Source of the DNA: Oscillospiraceae bacterium
Lineage (GTDB): Bacteria; Bacillota; Clostridia; Oscillospirales; UBA929
Reading direction: 5' to 3'
Length of the DNA: 64,000 nucleotides
Assembly (NCBI GenBank): GCA_031254575.1
Contig: JAIRUE010000039.1
Location: 6,793-70,792, forward strand
Shown: positions 57,193-64,000 of the stretch, piece after piece
Numbering within the stretch: position 1 is the stretch's first letter
How the letters are laid out: each line of letters starts with the position of its first letter
Notes under the pieces: model-generated
Seen by the model: the letters and a program-made list of their open reading frames with translations, nothing else
Database searches by the model: none
Told to the model about the DNA's origin: nothing
Program-made: the position numbers and the translations under genes

Positions 57193-58266
57193 ATGATGAA
57201 AGGAAACGTAAAGCCTTTGGGCAGAACCTGGCTTGACGGGGACAACATCCTCTGGTGCGGGTTGTCGGGGAGCGGGATTGAGTTTGAGATAAGCGCGTCA
57301 AGGCTTGAATTAACCCTCGCGGGCGACAGCGGCGCAAACCCGAACAACAAAGACGGCAACGCAAGGTTTGCCGTTTATGTCAACGGCGAGCGGGTGATCG
57401 ACGAGCAGATTGACGGCAAGGAAAAAAGCTGTGTTGTTTTTGATACGCAAACCGCCGCCAACGTCAAGCTCATAAAACTTTCCGAATCCGCAAACTCCGT
57501 TTTCGGAATAAAGGGTATTGCCTCGGAAAACTGCGTAAGCCTGAAACCCGCCGATAATAAACCGTTACTGATCGAGTTTATCGGCGATTCCATCACATGC
57601 GGATACGGCGTTGACGACGAGGTGAAGGAAAACCATTTTTCCACGTCAACCGAGGATATAACCAAAGCGTATGCGTATAAAACGGCTGAAAACCTGAACG
57701 CCGACTATTCAATGGTGTCTTACAGCGGATACGGCATCATTTCCGGGTATTCGGACGACGGGCGGAAATCAGTCAATCAGTTGGTGCCGGAATACTACGA
57801 TAAAACAGGGTTTTCTTACGGTTCGGCAAACGGCAGGAAACTTGAAACCGTCCCTTGGGACTTTTCAGTCCGGCAGCCCGGCATCGTTGTTATAAACCTT
57901 GGCACGAACGACAGCAGTTATACTAAAAACGACCCCGAAAAGTGCGCGGAGTATCAGACGGAATATACGGCATTTTTGAAAGCCGTCCACGAGAAAAACC
58001 CTGACGCAAAAATCATCTGCTCACTGGGGATAATGGGTCAGGATCTTTATACATACATGGAAAACGCGGTTTCTGACTATTCGCGGGAAACAGGAGACGA
58101 CAATGTATCCTGTTTCAAGTTTGATGTTCAGGATATGGCGGCCGACGGTATCGCCGCAGACTGGCATCCGTCGGAGAAAACCCACGAAAAAGCCGCTCGG
58201 AAGCTGGCAAAAGAAATTGCAAAACTATACGGATCGTGTTATTCTATTATTAGCCGGACTGAATAG
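57193..58266 (+). CDS. SGNH/GDSL esterase with CE2-type N-terminal beta-sandwich (acetyl-xylan/glucomannan esterase-like)
   Basis: LGRTWLDGDNILWCGLSGSGIEFEI (CE2-like N-domain), block I IEFIGDSITCGYG, block III VINLGTNDS, block V DWHPS. No signal peptide. Confidence 0.8.
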   Translation: MMKGNVKPLGRTWLDGDNILWCGLSGSGIEFEISASRLELTLAGDSGANPNNKDGNARFAVYVNGERVIDEQIDGKEKSCVVFDTQTAANVKLIKLSESANSVFGIKGIASENCVSLKPADNKPLLIEFIGDSITCGYGVDDEVKENHFSTSTEDITKAYAYKTAENLNADYSMVSYSGYGIISGYSDDGRKSVNQLVPEYYDKTGFSYGSANGRKLETVPWDFSVRQPGIVVINLGTNDSSYTKNDPEKCAEYQTEYTAFLKAVHEKNPDAKIICSLGIMGQDLYTYMENAVSDYSRETGDDNVSCFKFDVQDMAADGIAADWHPSEKTHEKAARKLAKEIAKLYGSCYSIISRTE

Positions 58267-58267
58267 C

Positions 58268-58302
58268 CCTGCATATAATATTCTGCGAATATTATATGCA
58301 GG
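58268..58302 (+). terminator. Perfect 15-bp hairpin directly after the esterase stop
   Basis: CCTGCATATAATATT-ctgcg-AATATTATATGCAGG. No U-tract follows. Confidence 0.5.
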
Positions 58303-58409
58303 GTCGAGGGTATATAAAAATGATGAGGTATCGCTGTGTATCTGCCCGGCACAATACAATACGGTATCGTGATTATGGGTTTGGTAAAAACAAGAGAGGA
58401 TTCTAAGAT

Positions 58410-61133
58410 ATGAAACTCGTCTGGAAACTTGCTGTTCCTCAAATATGTATTGTGATATGCGTTGGTCTGGTCAGCTACGCCGTTATTTTTTCCTCATTCA
58501 ACCGTACGCGGGAACAATACATCCGGGATGCCATTGATAACCGGTTTCAATCTATAACCAAGGAAATCGAAAAAAGCGCACTGGATTCCGTGAAACAAAC
58601 ATCTGTGTTCGTAAGTCTGCCAGCTGTGTTTCAGGCATATGAAATCGCGCTTAGCGGCGATATATACGACTCTTATTCACCCGAGTCTCAGGCAGCGCGT
58701 GAATTGCTGCGCAAAGAACTCGCTCCGATGCTGGACAATTATGCCAAAATGACGGGCACGAAACTCGATCTGCATTTTCACCTGCCCAACGGGTTTAGCT
58801 TAGTCCGTCTATGGCGCGAAAAGAATTTTTTTATCGATGGCGAATGGGTCGATATGTCCGACGACCTGAGATTATACAGGCATACGGTTGTTGACGCGAA
58901 CAGAACAGGGGAAATCGCTTTGGGTATAGAACCCGGCAGCGCCGGATTTGCTATCCGGGGGGTGATCCCCGTCATTGCGCCTGACGGCCGCCAGCTTGGG
59001 TCTGCGGAGGTTCTCCATGATTTTGATTCCATCCTTGACGCCGCGACGGAAAAAGATAATTTTTATATTTCTCTTTATGCAAATAATGAACTGCTTGATA
59101 TTTCCGTAGAACTGTTAGATCAGAAAAAATACCCGCCAAAAGGGGATTTTATGCGGGTAGTCGAAGCGAAAGACAGCTCTGTTGAATCCCTGATTACGCC
59201 GGAGTTATTGTCCGCCGGAAAAAATGGCGCCTCATATGAGCACCATGGTTCCATGACGCTCGCGGCATTCCCCCTTGTTGATTATCATGGGACACAAGTC
59301 GGCGTTATTGTCTGCGCTATGAATGCCGCGGTAATATCCGATCTTGAAAACACAGCCGCAATCGTTCTGGCGATTATGCTTGCGGGTATGGCCGTAATAC
59401 CGACTTTGGCGCTTATACTGCGGCTTCGCATATTGGTTTCCCGTCCGATTAACCTTGTCAAAGCTAAGATTCAGGACATCGCCGAAGACCGCGCCGACCT
59501 CAGTGAGCAAATCTCCAACCGCCAAAATGATGAGATCGGGGAATTGGCCAAGTGGTTCAACACACTGACCGCTAAGCTGGATGGCATTTTAAGAGAGCGC
59601 CAGGCGATGGCTCACTGGTACGGATCGATCCTGGACGCCATACCATTTATGGTCTCTGTTCAGGATTTGGATATGAAATGGACATTTATAAATAAACCGC
59701 TTGAGAAAATGCTTGGGAAAACGCGGGAAGATGTGCTCGGGTTACCGTGTAAAAGCTGGGACATCGACATTTGCGGTACCGGCAATTGCGCCATAACCTG
59801 CGCAAAACGCGGACTGAAGGAAACACGCTTTTTGCACGGAGGTGTCTCTTACAAGGTCGATGTTGAAACCATCTCTGACTTAAAAGGTGAAATCATAGGT
59901 TTCATCGAAATTATTCAGGATATAAGCAAATTAGAACATCTGGCAAAGCAGCGGGCGGAGGCGGCGGCCGCAAGTCAGGCAAAATCCGACTTTTTGTCCC
60001 ATATGAGCCATGAGATACGCACACCGCTGAACGCCATCGTCGGGATGACCTCGATCGGAATGTCCGCAGACGATCCTGAGCGAATGAAACATAGTCTGAC
60101 GAGAATTGCGGACGCTTCGAAACTTTTACTTGGCGTAATCAATGATATTTTAGATATGTCGAAAATAGAAGCCGGCAAATTAGAGCTTTCTGCGGAAGAG
60201 TTTAGTTTCGAAAAGATGCTTCAGCAGGTCGTAAATGTCATGAGGTTTCGTACGGATGAAAAAAATCAGACGTTCACGGTGCATATTGATAAAGATATTC
60301 CGAAAAGCTTTATAGGCGATGCCCAACGATTGGCTCAGGTCATTACCAACCTGATTGGAAACGCGGTAAAATTCACGCCCGAATACGGCTCTATCACTGT
60401 TGATTCATTGCTTTTAGAGGAAGAAAACGGCGTATGCACAGTTCAGATAAGTGTCAAAGACTCCGGGATCGGTATCAGCCCCGAGCAACAGACCAAGCTG
60501 TTTCAACCCTTCCATCAGGGCGAAAGCGGTACGGCGCGCAAATATGGCGGCACAGGACTTGGCCTTGCTATTTCCAGTAACATTGTTGAGATGATGGGCG
60601 GCAGGATATGGATCGACTCGGAGCTTGGGAAGGGTTCAACCTTCACTTTCACCGTCCGGCTCGCAAAATGTGAGGGAGGGACAAATGGGCTTTCAGAGCA
60701 GGGAATCAACCTGGACCATGTCCCCATTCCGCAGGATACCGCCGGACTATTCATAGGAAAACGTATCCTGCTTGCGGAGGACGTTGAAATCAACAGAGAG
60801 ATAGTTCAGATACTGCTGGAACCGACGCAGGTCCGGATAGACTGCGCTGAAAACGGCAGGGAGGCCGTTCGCATGTTCCGCCAGTCTCCAGACGAATACG
60901 ATATGATTTTCATGGACGTGCAGATGCCCGAAATGGACGGATATGAGGCTACAAGCGCCATACGCGCGCTCAACACACCGAAGGCCTTAACGATTCCGAT
61001 CATTGCTATGACGGCTAATGTATTCAGAGAAGACATTGAGAAGTGTTTTACATGCGGCATGGACGGCCATATGGGAAAACCGCTTGATTTTAATGAAGTT
61101 ATCGCCATTCTGCGGCAGTATTTGCTGCCATAG
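58410..61133 (+). CDS. Hybrid sensor histidine kinase 3 (TM, double-Cache-like sensor, HAMP, 4-Cys PAS, HisKA, HATPase_c, receiver)
   Basis: H-box MSHEIRTPLNAI, KYGGTGLGL, receiver ILLAEDVEIN..MDVQMPEMDG..GKP. Cys cluster PCKSWDIDICGTGNCAITCAKRG at 59748-59801. Confidence 0.9.
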   Translation: MKLVWKLAVPQICIVICVGLVSYAVIFSSFNRTREQYIRDAIDNRFQSITKEIEKSALDSVKQTSVFVSLPAVFQAYEIALSGDIYDSYSPESQAARELLRKELAPMLDNYAKMTGTKLDLHFHLPNGFSLVRLWREKNFFIDGEWVDMSDDLRLYRHTVVDANRTGEIALGIEPGSAGFAIRGVIPVIAPDGRQLGSAEVLHDFDSILDAATEKDNFYISLYANNELLDISVELLDQKKYPPKGDFMRVVEAKDSSVESLITPELLSAGKNGASYEHHGSMTLAAFPLVDYHGTQVGVIVCAMNAAVISDLENTAAIVLAIMLAGMAVIPTLALILRLRILVSRPINLVKAKIQDIAEDRADLSEQISNRQNDEIGELAKWFNTLTAKLDGILRERQAMAHWYGSILDAIPFMVSVQDLDMKWTFINKPLEKMLGKTREDVLGLPCKSWDIDICGTGNCAITCAKRGLKETRFLHGGVSYKVDVETISDLKGEIIGFIEIIQDISKLEHLAKQRAEAAAASQAKSDFLSHMSHEIRTPLNAIVGMTSIGMSADDPERMKHSLTRIADASKLLLGVINDILDMSKIEAGKLELSAEEFSFEKMLQQVVNVMRFRTDEKNQTFTVHIDKDIPKSFIGDAQRLAQVITNLIGNAVKFTPEYGSITVDSLLLEEENGVCTVQISVKDSGIGISPEQQTKLFQPFHQGESGTARKYGGTGLGLAISSNIVEMMGGRIWIDSELGKGSTFTFTVRLAKCEGGTNGLSEQGINLDHVPIPQDTAGLFIGKRILLAEDVEINREIVQILLEPTQVRIDCAENGREAVRMFRQSPDEYDMIFMDVQMPEMDGYEATSAIRALNTPKALTIPIIAMTANVFREDIEKCFTCGMDGHMGKPLDFNEVIAILRQYLLP

Positions 61134-61307
61134 CATACCGCGCGAAGCCGGATACTCCGTTGTAACATATGCCAAAAAGAAAGCGAAGAAATTACCTGTT
61201 GAGACTAAAAGGTTCACACCTTTTGCTGCAAATCTACCCTCTCAATTGCACCTATACTCCGCAATCTTCTTTCCCGATAAACAAGCAAACCCAACTGTTT
61301 TTAAGAA

Positions 61308-61343
61308 GGCTCTGCAAGACTGGACATCCAGTTTTGCAGAGCC
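61308..61343. terminator. Long hairpin between convergent genes (bidirectional terminator candidate)
   Basis: GGCTCTGCAAgACTGGacaTCCAGTtTTGCAGAGCC. It lies 34 nt after the minus-strand gene stop, with T-rich runs on both sides. Confidence 0.55.
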
Positions 61344-61376
61344 AATGCGTCTTTTGGGATCATACCCCTCTAAGTA

Positions 61377-61988
61377 TCAGCCATGCCTTTTCCCTTTCCA
61401 TGAGATAGGGCGAGGGGCTTTCCTGTCCAGCGTGTCGGGAGTGTCCTGAGTCACTAAAGGCGGTTGAGGTGTCAAGTCCGCCTTGGGAACCGCTTTATCT
61501 TCCTGGGTTGGCCGCGATTGCTGCGTGGGGACTACCGCAAGAATCGGTTTAGACGATACTGTTTGCGGCTTCGGAGACTGCTGGCGCACCGGCGGCGGCT
61601 GATACGCGGGGGCTGGAACCGTTTGATATGCCGCTACCGGCTGAAATTTGTAAAGTCCTTGCGCTGTCACAGGGAGGGGATAGGCTTCGCCGGCTTGTTT
61701 TCTCGCCTCCTCAGCCTGTTTTCTTGCTTCATCGGCCTGCCTTTTCGCCTCGTCAGCCTGCTTTCTTGCTTCGTCGGCCTGTTTTTTCGCATAATAAATA
61801 TCCCGGACTTTTTGATAGCATTCCCCGGCCTTTTGATAATAGACAGCGGCCTTTTGAAAGGAATATTCATGCCGGTATTCCTGAGCTCTTTGGTAATATT
61901 CCTCAGCCGTCTGATACAGCCGCTCAGGCTGCTTTAAGTCCCAGTAGTATATATTGGACGCTTTGATAACGCGGTTATCTCTCTTCAT
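61377..61988 (-). CDS. Low-complexity protein: Tyr-rich helical N-part, KQADEAR heptad repeats, Pro/Gln-rich tail
   Basis: I chose the ATG at 61988 (MKRDNRVIKASN..); the track start at 62135 adds an unlikely leader. No signal peptide or TM. Confidence 0.5.
   Translation of the reverse strand: MKRDNRVIKASNIYYWDLKQPERLYQTAEEYYQRAQEYRHEYSFQKAAVYYQKAGECYQKVRDIYYAKKQADEARKQADEAKRQADEARKQAEEARKQAGEAYPLPVTAQGLYKFQPVAAYQTVPAPAYQPPPVRQQSPKPQTVSSKPILAVVPTQQSRPTQEDKAVPKADLTPQPPLVTQDTPDTLDRKAPRPISWKGKRHG
61693..61790 (-). repeat. In-frame 21-nt tandem repeat, about 4.5 copies
   Basis: Plus-strand units GCCTG(Y)TTTCTTGCTTC(R)TCG / GCCTGCCTTTTCGCCTCGTCA encode KQADEARKQADEAKRQADEARKQAEEARKQA. Confidence 0.85.
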
Positions 61989-62243
61989 ATGAACCCGCCT
62001 TTCGGTCCATGCCGCTGTCCCGCATAAGCGCAGAAAGGTCAGCAACCATCCCTCGCTTCCAAATATAGCATAACACACAATCCGCCGCAATGCAACGGCA
62101 TTGTCGAAATAACGAAAACCCGCATGAGTTGACACGGCAAAGCCGATACTGTATAATCATGGCGCATCCGTCACGGGAAAAGCGGAACATGCGGATCGCA
62201 ACAATACTGATACGCGGGGCGTAGTTTTCTAAAGGAGGCACAT

Positions 62244-63236
62244 ATGGCTTACTATGGCTTTAACATGCTGTACATGTTTTCCAAGCACAAAGACTTGCCG
62301 CCCGCGCAAGCCGACGAAAAGGAACTGGAGTTTATCGCCAAGCACGGTTTCAATTTCATCCGTGTCCCGACGGATTACCGCTTTTGGACGGAGGGTTATA
62401 ACTATCTGCAGCCGGACGAGCGCGTCTTCGGGCAAATCGACCGCTACTTTGAAGCCTGCCGCAAGTACGGGCTGCATTTTTCATTGAACCTGCACCGCGC
62501 GCCCGGTTACTGCATCAACGGCAACCATCTTGAAAAGCATAACCTGTGGAAGGATGAGGAAGCCTTTGAGGCCTTTGTTTTCTTGTGGGAGGGGTTTGCC
62601 AGGCGGTATAAAGGCATCCCCGCGCGGGAAATGAGTTTTGATCTGCTGAACGAGCCGCCTTCCGCGGGACAGTACGGCTTCACGCGGGACATCCACCAAA
62701 AAGTCATGCGCACCACTATTAAAGCAATTAAAGCTATCGACCCGGACCGCCCCGTGATTATCGACGGCGTTGGCGGCGGGCACAAAGCTATGCCGGAACT
62801 GGCGGACGCGGGCGCCATCCACAGCGGGCGGGGGTATACGCCGTTTCAGATCAGCCACAACCAGGCCGGTTGGTGCGGCGATATAAAGTGGGAGAAGCCC
62901 GTATATCCCGGTACGATGGAAGGAAAAACCTGGGACAGGGACGCGCTGTTGAGGTTTTACCAGCCTTGGGTGGACGTGGAGAAGCAAGGCGTGCAAATAC
63001 ATATCGGGGAGTTTGGATGCTTTAATAAGACCCCCAACGACGTAGCCCTGCGATGGCTGTCCGACCTTATGTCCGTGTACAGGGAACTGGGCTGGGGATA
63101 TGCCCTTTGGAATTTCAAAGGGCCGTTCGGCATTATCGGGCATGGCAGGCCGGGCGCGGCCTTCACGGAAATGGACGGTTTCAGCGTGGATAAGGATTTA
63201 CTGGAGATCATGAAAAAGAACCGTAAAGAGGGCTAG
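62244..63236 (+). CDS. Glycoside hydrolase family 5 (cellulase/mannanase-type), cytoplasmic
   Basis: GFNFIRVP, acid/base FDLLNEPP, nucleophile IHIGEFGC. RBS AAAGGAGG. No signal peptide. Confidence 0.8.
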   Translation: MAYYGFNMLYMFSKHKDLPPAQADEKELEFIAKHGFNFIRVPTDYRFWTEGYNYLQPDERVFGQIDRYFEACRKYGLHFSLNLHRAPGYCINGNHLEKHNLWKDEEAFEAFVFLWEGFARRYKGIPAREMSFDLLNEPPSAGQYGFTRDIHQKVMRTTIKAIKAIDPDRPVIIDGVGGGHKAMPELADAGAIHSGRGYTPFQISHNQAGWCGDIKWEKPVYPGTMEGKTWDRDALLRFYQPWVDVEKQGVQIHIGEFGCFNKTPNDVALRWLSDLMSVYRELGWGYALWNFKGPFGIIGHGRPGAAFTEMDGFSVDKDLLEIMKKNRKEG

Positions 63237-63289
63237 TTTCCCAGCTGCCGCGTTGCGGGAAAGGCTGCTCATATGAACGGTATGCCGGA

Positions 63290-64000
63290 TTATTCCAGCT
63301 CTCTGAGCAGCGCTTCCACAATTTTTGGGTATACCCATTCCAATTTATTCCTGTCAAGCAACCCGAACAACTCTCCGTCACCGGTCAAGCCGTGGTTGTC
63401 CCACCAAATGCACGGGATTCCGCGCGCTCTCGCCGAGGCGGTGTAATAAGCGGTAAACTCTGCGCGGCTGCGGTCGTTGTCGCCTTTTTTACGCGCGCCG
63501 AATTCGCCGATGACGACCGGAATCCCGTTGCTGATGTAGGTTTTGTAAAGTTTATCCATAAAACTGTCTATATCCTTTGTGTTGCTTGTTTTTGTCATGT
63601 CGAATTCCGAAACGCTGCCGCTTTCGTTCGGGCCTTGCAACGCGAAATTATAGGGCGTGTACGCATGGACAGAGATTATGATTTTATTTTCCGCCGTGTC
63701 CTCCGGAAGCCGGAACCGGCTGTGGACGGCGGTATCCGCGTTGGCGCCCAAACCGCTCACCATTAAGTAGCGCGTTTCGTTGCAGCCGCCCGCGGCGCGG
63801 ACGGTATCAACAAAAATCTGGTTCAGGTTACACAAGGTGTCAAGGGCGTCCCTGCATATGTCGTTGCCCATGTCCTGCCACCACTCATACTGCGTTCCCA
63901 CCAGACGCGGCTCGTTCAGTCCCTCAAATATAAGGTTTTCCCCATAACCGGCGAAACGCGCGGCCACCTGCTCCCAAATGCGGCTGATATACCGCGCCGA
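63290..64000 (-). CDS. Glycoside hydrolase family 5 (3' part; 5' end lies outside the window)
   Basis: LIFEGLNEPR (acid/base), ISVHAYTPYNF, PVVIGEFGARK (nucleophile). The reading frame is open to the window edge. Confidence 0.8.
   Translation of the reverse strand, partial: SARYISRIWEQVAARFAGYGENLIFEGLNEPRLVGTQYEWWQDMGNDICRDALDTLCNLNQIFVDTVRAAGGCNETRYLMVSGLGANADTAVHSRFRLPEDTAENKIIISVHAYTPYNFALQGPNESGSVSEFDMTKTSNTKDIDSFMDKLYKTYISNGIPVVIGEFGARKKGDNDRSRAEFTAYYTASARARGIPCIWWDNHGLTGDGELFGLLDRNKLEWVYPKIVEALLRELE

Overview
This 64-kb chromosomal segment looks like a moderately high-GC Clostridia genome, possibly Oscillospiraceae or Ruminococcaceae. That placement is an inference from gene families (SLH anchors, the MBOAT/DHHW/lipoprotein trio, a YozG/DUF2975 operon, strong GGAGG-type RBSs).

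Layout from left to right:
- 0-13.9 kb is housekeeping: NlpC/P60 peptidase, RluA-family synthase, potABC, a receiver protein plus an Hpt-like protein, rpmB, a YihY-like protein, prmA, an unknown polytopic membrane protein, an M16 peptidase, pnp and rpsO.
- About 14.0-21.6 kb is visibly lower in GC. It carries an HTH protein, a membrane protein, an OmpR/HK pair, a BcrAB-like ABC exporter and an MMPL transporter with an extra C-terminal module.
- Three paralogous hybrid sensor kinases start near 21.7, 26.2 and 58.4 kb. Two of them share a C-x7-C-x4-C-x3-C insert in a PAS domain.
- Next come a nitroreductase and a ZIP metal transporter.
- 30.5-38.7 kb is a tight 8-gene cassette: lipoprotein, MBOAT, DHHW, two SxxK serine hydrolases and an ABC-2 exporter.
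- A DUF2975-YozG-membrane operon sits behind a consensus promoter that overlaps a perfect 31-bp palindrome.
- 41.8-54.3 kb is the most unusual part. A canonical GH127 gene is divergently paired with two giant secreted proteins (1765 and about 1598 aa). Their cores carry GH127-like Glu-x-Cys and Cys-Cys landmarks. One core is preceded by five beta-sandwich modules. The other is followed by Ig/MBG-like repeats and three SLH anchors.
- 54.3-57.15 kb is a low-GC decayed islet with frameshifted ORFs and an antitoxin fragment abutting a truncated GNAT.
- The window ends with a CE2-like esterase, the third kinase, a heptad-repeat protein and two GH5 genes.

I recognised no rRNA, tRNA, CRISPR array, transposase or integrase. 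All family assignments come from reading motifs by eye; no searches were run.
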